Shown piece after piece: positions 8,088 through 17,883 of a stretch of 40,338 bases of DNA. Below the pieces are notes generated by a model, which ran no database searches, had not been told where the DNA came from, and saw only the letters and a list, made by a program, of their open reading frames with translations. The translations under genes were made by a program, and so were the position numbers. The first letter of the stretch is position 1. Every line of letters begins with the position of its first letter. Location of the stretch: the NCBI GenBank assembly GCA_029856445.1, contig JAHQWY010000001.1, positions 1 through 40,338 on the forward strand, given 5' to 3'. This DNA is from Promethearchaeia archaeon (GTDB taxonomy: Archaea > Asgardarchaeota > Lokiarchaeia > Sigyniarchaeales > SOKP01).

Positions 8088-8117
8088 AGGAGGTGATGAT
8101 TCACGCCTAAGCGTGAA
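8088..8117 (+). promoter_or_regulatory. strong Shine-Dalgarno-like element AAGGAGGTGAT followed by a 7-bp hairpin that contains the GTG start of the next ORF
   Basis: AAGGAGGTGAT lies at 8088-8098. The inverted repeat TTCACGC (8100-8106) / GCGTGAA (8111-8117) has a CTAA loop. The GTG start at 8113-8115 sits in the 3' arm. Confidence 0.3.
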
Positions 8118-8370
8118 TTGTTTCATTAAACGGGTATATGAGATTGTTAACGAACTCAAAATTCCTTTAATTGATGAAAGAGTGTATGATAAAGTCAGTT
8201 TCAGTAATAGTGCAGCTATTGCTTCAGTAAAGTTTAAGTTCGAGGAAGATGAATCTGTAATTCGAGGTTTTCTCGGCCTTGCTGAATATTTTCATACAGT
8301 TGTAATAAAACGTAATGACGAGTTCTTTATTCCCCATGCTAGTATTCTATTTCGTTTGCTCAGTGCCTAA
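8113..8370 (+). CDS. hypothetical small protein
   Basis: 85-aa ORF with only a GTG start available and no internal Met, preceded by a strong SD-like motif. No recognisable motifs. Confidence 0.35.
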   Translation: MNCFIKRVYEIVNELKIPLIDERVYDKVSFSNSAAIASVKFKFEEDESVIRGFLGLAEYFHTVVIKRNDEFFIPHASILFRLLSA

Positions 8371-8402
8371 AATATTATTTTTTTTTTACTTTTCTTTTCA
8401 TA

Positions 8403-9131
8403 TCAAACCAATGAGTCTTCTATTACTGTTTCAGTAATATAGAATTTTGAATTGTTAATTATTTCGAGTACTTCTGATTCAGGTACGTCATACCAATTTT
8501 TATATGCATCAGCAACAGCAAACCATAATACATCTCTGACATTTGGGCAAAATATATCGTTAACTTCAGTTTTAATATTATTAACAGTTCTTAATGGCGC
8601 TGTGGGAATTGCTATGTAAATTTTTTCCGGATTATACTTCTTAATCATGTTAATAGCAGCCAACATAGTAAAACCTGAAGCTAATCCATCATCAAGGATA
8701 AAAATATGTCTTCTTTGAATATGATGAGTATAAAATTTCTCTAAGACAAATTCCTTATTATAAAATTTTAATCTCTCTCTAATTTCTGTTTTTGTTAATT
8801 CTATTGAATTATTTACAGCTTTTTCTGATAAATTCAAACGGGATAACAGTTTTTCATTAATTAGAATTGTTCCATCCGTCGTTACAGAACCAAAACCAGC
8901 TTCTGTATTATTGGGTATTTTTATTTTTCGAACAATCAATATATCATAATTCAAATTATTTTGAGAGCAAAAACCTTCTGTAACTGGAACACCACCATTT
9001 GGAATCGCGAAACAAAAGCAATTACCTTTATTTTCATTAATAAAGTCATATAAACGCTTATTCTCATTTTTGATAAACTCGAATAATAAAATCCCTGCTT
9101 CAATACGAGATTTATATCTCACAAATTTCAT
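8403..9131 (-). CDS. putative phosphoribosyltransferase (type I PRTase fold)
   Basis: 242 aa. PRPP-binding loop with hydrophobic run then acidic pair then small residues: HIFILDDGLASGFTM. Confidence 0.8.
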   Translation of the reverse strand: MKFVRYKSRIEAGILLFEFIKNENKRLYDFINENKGNCFCFAIPNGGVPVTEGFCSQNNLNYDILIVRKIKIPNNTEAGFGSVTTDGTILINEKLLSRLNLSEKAVNNSIELTKTEIRERLKFYNKEFVLEKFYTHHIQRRHIFILDDGLASGFTMLAAINMIKKYNPEKIYIAIPTAPLRTVNNIKTEVNDIFCPNVRDVLWFAVADAYKNWYDVPESEVLEIINNSKFYITETVIEDSLV

Positions 9132-9309
9132 TATTATTTATAAATATCAAAAGAAATTATATAAAAATTATAGTATTATAATATTATTCACAAAATTGAT
9201 TTCTTAACTCGAATTATTGTTATTAAAGTAACTTTAAATATTTGGTTTATACTAATAATTATAATACTTCTATTTTTTTAGAAAATCCAAAACTAAAATT
9301 GATTGAATT

Positions 9310-10995
9310 ATGAGAAAAAACAAAAATATAGCTATTGTCTTATTAGCTATCCTATTTTTACTCCCTTTTGGAAACGATGCAAATGCTCAAGTTTCGGATT
9401 ATGTCGGTGTAGAACAAGGAGATCAATATACATGGAATGTTGAGGTTGAATTTGAATTTGTTGAAGATCTTATAGAAAATGTTAGAGATGTGATCGTTGA
9501 TCTACAAACAAACATTGATTTAGGTGGATTGGAATCATTAACAGTTGCGGAAATATTTGAAGAAATAGCTCATACATATCTTTCAAATGCACTTCCTGTT
9601 GGATGGGAGGGTTATAACCTATCAACTTTAATTCCAATAGTAATCGAGGACTATATTGGGAGGTTTAATTCGACTATTCTTTCAGGAATGATCCCTTCAA
9701 ATTGGCAGGTTTTAAACTTTTCAGACTTCTATGAACTAGTATTTGATGGCCTTAGCAGTGGATTACCTCCTAGTTGGGAAACTAATCCCCTTCCAGAATT
9801 ATTCGAGATGCTTATTAATGAGCTTAACTCTACAATTTTCTACGGATTAATCCCTACTGGATGGGAGGAACTGACTCTTGAAGAACTTTTAGAAAACTTA
9901 TTAGGAGTGTATGCACCTGGTATCTGGGAAAGTATTCTATTTCAAATGATATTAGATAATTTTATGCTTATAGGTTTAACACCCGAGATGGTAGATTACA
10001 TATCGACTAATACACTTAGTGACTTACTTAATGAATTGGTAGCAAGTTTTCCACCTGAAATAACAATTCTAAATGCTACAGAATTATTTGATATGATATT
10101 TTTCGGACTCAACCAATCTATGCCTGGTGGAATGGAATCTGAAAGCATGTCAGCAGTTATAGACTTTTTAAACTTAGCGATTAATTCCACATTACCTCTT
10201 GGATATGATAGTCTTAGTGTGGCTGAATTACTCCAATTTGCCATTAACGAGCTTGTGAATATGACAATACCGCTGGAATTTCATGGTAAAACAATCCAGG
10301 AAATAGTTGATATGTATTTAACCGAAGCATTATACACATTTGATACTCAAATCATGCCATTATGGGATGAGTTTTACATGGATATGGAAGGATTAGATCT
10401 ATTGAGTTATGAAGTAGGTTTAAGAGCAGTCATAGATCATGTAGGATCTGAGATCCAACCATATACAGGCGGTCCAATGGGCGTACCTATTGATATGGAA
10501 CTTCTATATTCCTTAGACTTTGAAAATTGGATAGATATATCGGAGTTGATATCTCCGGGATATAGTCTTTCCCCATTTACGCCATTGAAGCTCTTTTCAC
10601 TTATAGGGTTTAATTTTGATGTTGATCCACTTATTATGGATCCAAGTTCGTATTCAGATCCTCAAATAGCTTTAATAGATCAATTTGTACTCTCTGGTCC
10701 TTTTATCATAGCAAATAATTATGATTGGGAAACCATTGAAACTGAAATAACAATTGCAACTACAGGGAATCCTGATAGTATTGAAATATCATTAGCGTGG
10801 AATGTTAATGGAGTTTTACAGAAAGTATATATAAAAGCAGATGGCGATATAGCGGCTATTATTACTTTAAGTGGAGAGGCTGGTGTCTCTGAAATAGTTC
10901 CCGGATATGGGATACCAATTATTGTAGGATTTACAGGTTTAACAATTATAGCAATAATACTCTATGGGAAAAGGAAAAATAGAATTACAAAATAA
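9310..10995 (+). CDS. secreted/surface repeat protein with N-terminal signal peptide and C-terminal PGY-TM-basic anchor
   Basis: Signal-like N-terminus MRKNKNIAIVLLAILFLLPFGNDANA. Recurring ~30-40 aa units of the form (L/I)P.GWE..(L)(S/T)..EL. Many N-x-S/T sequons. C-terminus is VPGYGIPIIVGFTGLTIIAIILYGKRKNRITK. Confidence 0.75.
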   Translation: MRKNKNIAIVLLAILFLLPFGNDANAQVSDYVGVEQGDQYTWNVEVEFEFVEDLIENVRDVIVDLQTNIDLGGLESLTVAEIFEEIAHTYLSNALPVGWEGYNLSTLIPIVIEDYIGRFNSTILSGMIPSNWQVLNFSDFYELVFDGLSSGLPPSWETNPLPELFEMLINELNSTIFYGLIPTGWEELTLEELLENLLGVYAPGIWESILFQMILDNFMLIGLTPEMVDYISTNTLSDLLNELVASFPPEITILNATELFDMIFFGLNQSMPGGMESESMSAVIDFLNLAINSTLPLGYDSLSVAELLQFAINELVNMTIPLEFHGKTIQEIVDMYLTEALYTFDTQIMPLWDEFYMDMEGLDLLSYEVGLRAVIDHVGSEIQPYTGGPMGVPIDMELLYSLDFENWIDISELISPGYSLSPFTPLKLFSLIGFNFDVDPLIMDPSSYSDPQIALIDQFVLSGPFIIANNYDWETIETEITIATTGNPDSIEISLAWNVNGVLQKVYIKADGDIAAIITLSGEAGVSEIVPGYGIPIIVGFTGLTIIAIILYGKRKNRITK

Positions 10996-11075
10996 TCTTT
11001 TTTTTTTTTATTTTTATTTCTATTAGATTAGTGAGTATTCAAAGATTTAAATTACATTAATTCTTTAGTTAGATT

Positions 11076-11333
11076 ATGGAAGTAGAATTAGCTGTTTTGT
11101 TTATATTCTTCATTATACTTATTCTTTGGGAAATCAAGGCTGATTTTGTTTTAATAATATTTGGATTTGCAGCCTATTTATTTCTTATATTTTATATAGG
11201 TTCATCTGATCCCATTGGAAATATTGTATCAATAGTAGATTTTCTTATTTTTAATCCTTTAGGACTTCTATTTTTGATAATTCCATCAGGAATATTTTGT
11301 GTGTTTAAATATTTCAAAAAAAACAAAACTTAA
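11076..11333 (+). CDS. small hydrophobic membrane protein (about 3 TM segments)
   Basis: 85 aa, almost entirely hydrophobic with a basic C-terminus KKNKT. No family recognised. Confidence 0.4.
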   Translation: MEVELAVLFIFFIILILWEIKADFVLIIFGFAAYLFLIFYIGSSDPIGNIVSIVDFLIFNPLGLLFLIIPSGIFCVFKYFKKNKT

Positions 11334-11374
11334 GAAGGTAAACACTCCTCTTTATTTATCTAATTACCTTATAC

Positions 11375-13006
11375 TCATTCAATTTTTTGTATCTTACTTA
11401 AACCCATCAGGAATATCAATAATGAAGATCCCAGTGTCAAGGCTAAATTAATTAAAAGAATATATAATAAACCCAGAGAATTATTTAAATTATTCGATGC
11501 AAAAGGAACAAGCATAAATAGTGCAATTATAAATGAAACTATTTGTAAGCAGATAATGAAATAACTGATTAAATAGCCATGTTTACCCTTTTCTTCGAAT
11601 AATGGATAAAAACACTGAATTCCAATTGCTTGTACCTGAACTGCCATGCAATATAACATCAATGTAATAAAAAAGATCAATAAGAGGGTGAAATCTAATT
11701 GAAAAATTAATGTGAAGGAGAACGAAAGAATTATATCTAAAATCAATACTATGTAAAAAATTTCCAATACATAAGAATATACAAGCGCTTTTAATCCTCT
11801 TGGGGTACTTTTATATTGAAATACTAATTGTTTGGAATCAATAAAAATATGTAACCCCATTAATACACCAAATAATATGCCTCCAACCCATGATACAATA
11901 ATAACTATTAGGAGTTTAAAGTTTAGGATATCAAAGTGCGATAAAGTTGGATCTTCAAACGAAAATCTTATTATTATACCAATTACTAAAATTAAAGCCC
12001 CGATATAAATAATTTTAAATAAATTTTCCTTTTTCCTTAAAAATTGTTTAAATTGGGTTATTATTAACCCTTTCCAGTTCTGAGGAGTTATTTTCCAAAT
12101 AATTTTGTAAAATCTTCCTTCCTCTATACTAACAAAATTTTCATTTTCAGAATTTCTTTCTAGAGAATAAAAGTGATCAGCATTTTTATATGAAATAAAA
12201 AGGAGTAAAGAAGGGATAATAGTGCCTAACGAAAAATTCTCGATAACAAATACATAATCAGGCAAAGAATTAAAGAGATTTAATGATGGATCAATAGCGA
12301 ACAAAATCATATTTGAATACCAAAAAGAAGGGTAAAAAATTAACCAGATTTTATATGCTGGATTAGATAAGATAATCTCAAAAAAGAAACGCAATATGTA
12401 AAACATCGCAACAACTATAATTGATAATAAAAGTAAGAACGATTTGCCTAGATCTTTTGCTATTTTACTTTTAGTCATTTTATGTTCAAACAAATTCGCA
12501 ATAATAGTTCCAATTAAGAAACTTAAAGTCAGTAGTAGAAATAAGCTTGAATAGATCGCAATATACTGGAAAATATTTAATGTCCTTATTTGATTCAATA
12601 AACTGATGATAATTGGACCCATTCCTAAAATTATTAAAAAATAAAAAATTAACTTGCCCACAAATTCACCAAGAAAAATATCTCCGGGTTTAATAGGGGA
12701 TGCTAGTAATATCTCATTATGTCCAATTTCTGCCTTTCTATATAGGTTATAAAGTGGATATATCAAGATGATTAAAAAAAATGATGTTAAAAAATATTCT
12801 ATAAATTTAGCAGAATAGGAAACGAATTCACTTGGTATTCCCTGAGCAACATTAGACATTATAATATCAAATAAATTAGGACCTAAGTAAAACCCCCAAT
12901 ATATAAAAATCGCATATATTATTAGTAAAAATAATTTTCGATTCTTTCTATATCGATAGGTCTTAAGACGAATTTCATGTTTTATGATTATTTTCCAAAG
13001 GCTCAT
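11375..13006 (-). CDS. polytopic integral membrane protein (possible ABC-2-type permease-like), function unknown
   Basis: 543 aa with about 12 hydrophobic segments. Lies 45 nt downstream of the metallophosphoesterase gene on the same strand. Confidence 0.65.
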   Translation of the reverse strand: MSLWKIIIKHEIRLKTYRYRKNRKLFLLIIYAIFIYWGFYLGPNLFDIIMSNVAQGIPSEFVSYSAKFIEYFLTSFFLIILIYPLYNLYRKAEIGHNEILLASPIKPGDIFLGEFVGKLIFYFLIILGMGPIIISLLNQIRTLNIFQYIAIYSSLFLLLTLSFLIGTIIANLFEHKMTKSKIAKDLGKSFLLLLSIIVVAMFYILRFFFEIILSNPAYKIWLIFYPSFWYSNMILFAIDPSLNLFNSLPDYVFVIENFSLGTIIPSLLLFISYKNADHFYSLERNSENENFVSIEEGRFYKIIWKITPQNWKGLIITQFKQFLRKKENLFKIIYIGALILVIGIIIRFSFEDPTLSHFDILNFKLLIVIIVSWVGGILFGVLMGLHIFIDSKQLVFQYKSTPRGLKALVYSYVLEIFYIVLILDIILSFSFTLIFQLDFTLLLIFFITLMLYCMAVQVQAIGIQCFYPLFEEKGKHGYLISYFIICLQIVSFIIALFMLVPFASNNLNNSLGLLYILLINLALTLGSSLLIFLMGLSKIQKIE

Positions 13007-13051
13007 TTATCGTATCTTTTTAGTTGTCTAATTAAAATTTTCAATACTTTT

Positions 13052-14422
13052 CTAAGCTGAATCTGAAAGTCTTTTTTTCATTTTCTTAAACTTGTCAATA
13101 TGAATTCGTGAATAATTTAAAATTATTATAGATATGGATATCAAAGCAATAATTATAAAAATAAATATTATAGAAAATTCAAATGCGTCATCGTTTAATG
13201 AATTAAAAATTATTTCTTTTATTACCTCTCCCGATCCTCCTTCAACTTTAACTTGTAATTTAAATTTTCCGTTAAAGTGAGAAACTAAATCCCCCTCCCA
13301 TAATGGTTCATTTGGGTCTACTTTTATTAAAGGTTTCCAATTTGTAATTTGGTTTTCTTTTTCAATACTATAAAAAGACCATTTAACTGAACTTATTCCG
13401 TGGGGATCCCAAGCTAGGACTCGAATCTTATCTACTTTTTGATTGAAATCATCTGGGGGATAGGTTATAATTCCTTGAGGCCATCTTCCTACACATTCTA
13501 TTGATGTTGATAGCCTATTATTATCCAATGCAATTATCCTATATGTCCCACCCATTTGGTCAAAATTGGTTGTTGTAATAGTTAAGAGCTCATTTAAATA
13601 TCGAAAAGAATTTTCGTGAACATGACCTGAGAGATAAAATGGAACGTTATATTCTTCATTTAATTCATTAAAATCTTTTCCACTACTACTTTTCTCTGAT
13701 TTTATTTCATAAAAAAGAGGGTAGCTTGGAGGATGGTGTCCAAATACAAAAATTTTATCAAAATCTTTAAATCTTTTGAGTTCATTTTCATACCAATCTA
13801 ATTCCGATGAGCTTAAAAATCCTTGATACGCATACTCAAAGAAATCATATGACTTTTTGGCTGTATTAAGCCCAATAAAAGCATAATTACCGAAAGTGAA
13901 AGATTTATTAAAAGAATATTGAGTTGTATTAAAAGAACAACCCATCATAGAATAATTAAGAAAAAATGTTGAATTTGCGTCTCTTATGGCATCGTGGTTT
14001 CCAATAACATCCATATAAATTGAAGAATTCATATTAGTATCATATAATGCTTTTCTATATCGTTCCCATTCTGTTTTATCTTGTCCTATAAAAAAATTAG
14101 CATCTACTATATCACCGGTATGGTAAATAAAAACAGGTTTAATTTCTTTATAAGTTTCATTCAAAAAAGCATAAAACTCAGCAATATTACCATCATTATA
14201 CCATAGATATTGAGTATCAGAAATATGAATAAACCAGAATAATTTATAGTCGTGAAAAGATATAAAACCATTATTACATAATGTATATTGAATATTTTCT
14301 ACTTCACTCTTTTGTTCTGATTGTAAGTGATTTTCATGGGAATTGAAAAATAGAGAATAATTATGTATATTAAAAACGAGTGCTAAAAGGAGAATCAAAA
14401 AAAATAATTTTTTATTACTCAT
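13052..14422 (-). CDS. membrane-anchored calcineurin-like metallophosphoesterase
   Basis: Metallophosphoesterase motifs in order: HISDTQ, TGDIVD, GNHD, GHHP, SGHVHEN. N-terminal signal/anchor and C-terminal TM (IIFIFIIIALISISIIIL) followed by a basic tail. Confidence 0.85.
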   Translation of the reverse strand: MSNKKLFFLILLLALVFNIHNYSLFFNSHENHLQSEQKSEVENIQYTLCNNGFISFHDYKLFWFIHISDTQYLWYNDGNIAEFYAFLNETYKEIKPVFIYHTGDIVDANFFIGQDKTEWERYRKALYDTNMNSSIYMDVIGNHDAIRDANSTFFLNYSMMGCSFNTTQYSFNKSFTFGNYAFIGLNTAKKSYDFFEYAYQGFLSSSELDWYENELKRFKDFDKIFVFGHHPPSYPLFYEIKSEKSSSGKDFNELNEEYNVPFYLSGHVHENSFRYLNELLTITTTNFDQMGGTYRIIALDNNRLSTSIECVGRWPQGIITYPPDDFNQKVDKIRVLAWDPHGISSVKWSFYSIEKENQITNWKPLIKVDPNEPLWEGDLVSHFNGKFKLQVKVEGGSGEVIKEIIFNSLNDDAFEFSIIFIFIIIALISISIIILNYSRIHIDKFKKMKKRLSDSA

Positions 14423-14868
14423 AATTCTAAGTATTTGAGAATTAATTATAGGAATGGTCGAAATTTAACTTCAATTATATTTAATGAACCATAAGATTAA
14501 AAAAATACTGTAGAATTTCAATTAGTCTTTTTGTTCTAAAAATATTTAAAAAACAATTTTTTCAAATAAAAAATGTTTTATTCATATTGTAGATTAGATA
14601 TTTCTAAAGGATTTTTAATATTATACTCAATATCATTCTGATAAGCTTAAAAAATAAGGTAAACAATAATTTACTCCGTGTAAAGTTATTTAATTAATAT
14701 GTACTTAATAATTTATCAAACGGATCTAGGCACAACTAATGTTTAAATAAAATAGGAAATTAAAATAAAATAATAATAAGCTTTTAATTAAAGAAAATCT
14801 TAGGTTTATAAAGAAGATATGGCTGTAAATCAAATTTCTCTAACAAAAGATTCTGATGAGGATGACAT

Positions 14869-15423
14869 ATGGAGACCCAAGATACAAAAGGCAAAATTGT
14901 TAAGGAAACCTTCCCATCAGAAACAATATCTATTATCGGAGATATCCTAGCCGGCATTATTCTTTCTCTTTTGATTCTGCCATTTGAAAGTTTTCTTGCT
15001 TTAATATTAATGATTCCTGCTCTCCTATCGTTAAGAGGGAACTTAAGTGGTCCTTTTATAGCAAGAACTTCTCGTGATTTAATTATTGGAAATTTTTCCA
15101 AAAGATCATGGATTGAAAATGTATTTGCAACATTTGTTTTAGCAATTATTACAGCAATCTTCATTGGTATATTTTCAATTATATTGAATTTATTAATATT
15201 TAATTTAGAAATCCTCCCTACTGTTCATTTTTTATCAATACCTACAATAACGATAATATTAACTCTTTCTATTTCAATTCCTTGTTCAACAGGATTGAAC
15301 TATATTGCCTTCAAAAGAGGACTCAACCCAAATAACGTTGTGAATCCTATTATGACTGCTGTTGATGATTTTTTCACAGTATTTTGTTTCTTTTTGACAT
15401 TAATAATGTTGGGGGTGCCATGA
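14869..15423 (+). CDS. MgtE/SLC41-type divalent-cation transporter membrane domain protein (half 1)
   Basis: 184 aa, with 4-5 TM segments. Has LRGNLSGPFIARTSRDL and the MgtE-type motif NPNNVVNPIMTAVDD (D/N-P-x-N-x3-P-x2-T-x2-D). Confidence 0.75.
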   Translation: METQDTKGKIVKETFPSETISIIGDILAGIILSLLILPFESFLALILMIPALLSLRGNLSGPFIARTSRDLIIGNFSKRSWIENVFATFVLAIITAIFIGIFSIILNLLIFNLEILPTVHFLSIPTITIILTLSISIPCSTGLNYIAFKRGLNPNNVVNPIMTAVDDFFTVFCFFLTLIMLGVP

Positions 15424-15974
15424 TGAAATATTTTATAAAGATTTTCAAAGAATCTATAATAGTTGTCATTTTGTCCTCAATATTTGGTTTAATCTCAGGT
15501 ACACTACTGTCATCAAACGAAAAGATACTCTATACAATTCCTATAATACTTTTAATCTTACCGGCGTTAAACTCTTTAATTGGGGATATTTCAACAGTGC
15601 TGGTATCAAGATTAACTACTCATCTTTATATTGGTACTATATTACCTAAAATCGAGAAATCTAAAAGAATGAAGGAAGATTTATATGGTCTGCTTATAAC
15701 TCTATTGTTAAGCTTATGTTTTCTATTTTTATTAGGATTTTCTATTGGAGTTATATCAAGAGTAAAAATAGTATATCCATTAATAATAATTTTGATTATA
15801 ACTGCCACAGTTTTAATCATATTTTTTATGATGTTTTTTATGCTATTTTTAGGTGCAATATTCTTATTTAAACGTGGTTTGGACCCAAATAATTTTCTTA
15901 TACCTTTTGTTACGTCGCTAGCAGATTTTCTAACTCCTTTATTCATTATTTTATTTATAATAATATTTATATAA
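15420..15974 (+). CDS. MgtE/SLC41-type divalent-cation transporter membrane domain protein (half 2)
   Basis: Motif DPNNFLIPFVTSLADF. I prefer the start at ATG 15420, which overlaps the upstream TGA stop as ATGA (15420-15423), suggesting translational coupling. The track ORF opens at 15384. Confidence 0.75.
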   Translation: MMKYFIKIFKESIIVVILSSIFGLISGTLLSSNEKILYTIPIILLILPALNSLIGDISTVLVSRLTTHLYIGTILPKIEKSKRMKEDLYGLLITLLLSLCFLFLLGFSIGVISRVKIVYPLIIILIITATVLIIFFMMFFMLFLGAIFLFKRGLDPNNFLIPFVTSLADFLTPLFIILFIIIFI

Positions 15975-16011
15975 AATCAAGTTTATATGAAAAATGAGTG
16001 AGTAAAACAAA

Positions 16012-17259
16012 ATGCCCAAAAGGAGTAAAAAGTTTAAATATAAGCCACTTTCTCTAAAAGATATAATTAGGGAAATGAAACAGAACATAGATTTAATGAT
16101 TGATTTGGCTTATAGTGCTATAAAATTTGGGAGTAAAGAATTAGCTGATGAAGCCTATAAAATGGAACAAAGAATTCACGAACTCACTTTTTTATTGAAT
16201 TTTCAAATAATTCAAGCACATCCAGGAGGCTTAAATGAAGCTAAAACATTAGAACCAATTGTAGTAATGGGTTATTCAATTGATAAAATCTCTGATGCAT
16301 TATGTGATATTGCTAGAACTGTGTATATCAATAGTGATATATCGTATTTCGTACAATTATTTAGTGATATTAGTTTTGTCCCTGAACCTATCGTAAAAAT
16401 TAGGGTAAATAAAGATTGTAGTTTTATAGGGCAAATAAGAAAGGAAGTACACTTCAGATCTAAATATGGTGTTGATTTAATCGCAATCCGGAGAAGAAAT
16501 AAATGGCTTTTCGAAAAAAATGAAAAATTGGCAAGAAATGACATATTACTTGTAAAAGGTGAAATTCAGCCAATTATTGATTTGAAAGCATTATGCAAAG
16601 ATCCTGAACCATTCTCATTTGATATTGGTTACAAGGATGATCAATTGTTAATTGATTTAGAAAATCCCGTTATTTGCGAAAAAATTGAGAAACTCCAAAG
16701 AAATTATGTTTTAATAACAGATGTTTCAGAAACTATGATTGAACTAGCTTTAGCAGCTTTATTTTTTAAGAATGAAGAACTAGCAGAAGATATTTTAGAA
16801 ATGGAAGAGCTAATGGATGGTTTAAATTTAGCTTTTGAAAAAGATCTTCTTGATCTAGCTCAATTGGTAGAAACACCAAGAGATCTAACAGGTATTATGC
16901 GAATTATTTTTTCTTGTGAGTTAATTGCTGATTCGGCAACACACATCGCAGAAAATATAATAAAAGGTTTTGAGCCACATAATATATTACAACAAGCTAT
17001 TCGTGAAACGTCTGAAATCGTTGTAAGAGAAACTCTCTCTGAAGACTCATATTTTAAAGAAAAAACGTATAATGAATTACAAGACAGACGTTATAAGCGT
17101 GGGTTCCATATTATAGCTTTAAAGAGAGAAGATAAATGGATTTATCGATTTAGACCTGATTTTATTTTCGAAGAGGGAGATTTAATTATTGGTTTAGGAC
17201 CTAAAGAAACAGTTATGGAATGGCGTACATGTGTTAATCCTGAAAAATATAAAGAATAA
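16012..17259 (+). CDS. regulatory protein with two PhoU-like and two TrkA-C (RCK_C) domains
   Basis: 415 aa with alternating PhoU-like helical segments (DLAYSAIKFGSKELADEAYKMEQRIHEL; ELALAALFFKNEELAEDILEMEELMD) and TrkA-C-like beta segments (VDLIAIRRRNKWLF...NDILLVKGE; FHIIALKREDKWIY...GDLIIGLGP). This type is commonly adjacent to archaeal MgtE-like permeases. Confidence 0.75.
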   Translation: MPKRSKKFKYKPLSLKDIIREMKQNIDLMIDLAYSAIKFGSKELADEAYKMEQRIHELTFLLNFQIIQAHPGGLNEAKTLEPIVVMGYSIDKISDALCDIARTVYINSDISYFVQLFSDISFVPEPIVKIRVNKDCSFIGQIRKEVHFRSKYGVDLIAIRRRNKWLFEKNEKLARNDILLVKGEIQPIIDLKALCKDPEPFSFDIGYKDDQLLIDLENPVICEKIEKLQRNYVLITDVSETMIELALAALFFKNEELAEDILEMEELMDGLNLAFEKDLLDLAQLVETPRDLTGIMRIIFSCELIADSATHIAENIIKGFEPHNILQQAIRETSEIVVRETLSEDSYFKEKTYNELQDRRYKRGFHIIALKREDKWIYRFRPDFIFEEGDLIIGLGPKETVMEWRTCVNPEKYKE

Positions 17260-17277
17260 ATCGATTAGGTAAGAAAA

Positions 17278-17865
17278 ATGAAAGAAGATAATATTCAAGA
17301 AAGATTTAATGATACTATGCTTGAAATTGCCAATCAAGTGAAAAAGAACGTGAAAATCAGTAATTTTAATGATATCTATTCTACAATTGATTTAATTTTA
17401 AATACACATGGTAACAATGACAAAGTCTTTATTTATGGTGCAGGACGTTCTGGATTTATTGGAAGGTGCTTTGCTCAAAGGCTAATGCATTTAGGAATTA
17501 GTTCTTGTTTCATTTCAGATGCAACAACATACCGATATGAGAAAACAGATCTATTAATACTAATCAGTGGTAGTGGGGAAACAACCTCAACCGTGGCAAT
17601 AGCACAAAAAGCAAAACAGATTGGAGGAAAATTAATATTACTAACTAATAATCCGAAAAGCACGATTGGGCAAATCTCTGACTATATAATTAATATTAAA
17701 GGTAAAAGTAAGGATGTAGCTCTTTCCCACGAGACATTCGCACCATACACAAGTTTGTTTGATATTTCAACTTTAGCTGTCCTTGATTCAGTGGGGGGCA
17801 TATTAATGAATAAATTGGGTGTGACAGAATCTGACATCAATAAGAGACATGCTTCAATAGAATAA
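17278..17865 (+). CDS. SIS-domain sugar-phosphate isomerase, 6-phospho-3-hexuloisomerase-like
   Basis: 195 aa with SIS motifs GAGRSGFIGRCFAQRLMHLG and LLILISGSGETTST. Size and layout fit PHI, but substrate is not proven. Confidence 0.65.
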   Translation: MKEDNIQERFNDTMLEIANQVKKNVKISNFNDIYSTIDLILNTHGNNDKVFIYGAGRSGFIGRCFAQRLMHLGISSCFISDATTYRYEKTDLLILISGSGETTSTVAIAQKAKQIGGKLILLTNNPKSTIGQISDYIINIKGKSKDVALSHETFAPYTSLFDISTLAVLDSVGGILMNKLGVTESDINKRHASIE

Positions 17866-17883
17866 ATTCAAAGAAATTAATTA

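Noticed and set aside
14784-15164. 126-aa minus-strand ORF overlapping the first MgtE-like gene.
   Set aside because: It is antisense to a gene with clear family motifs. Its composition (Ile/Lys/Pro-rich) is typical of a shadow frame in AT-rich DNA.
15384-15419. 12-codon upstream extension of the second MgtE-like gene (MFLFDINNVGGA).
   Set aside because: It would overlap the first gene by 40 nt. The ATGA stop/start overlap at 15420-15423 is the classic coupled arrangement.
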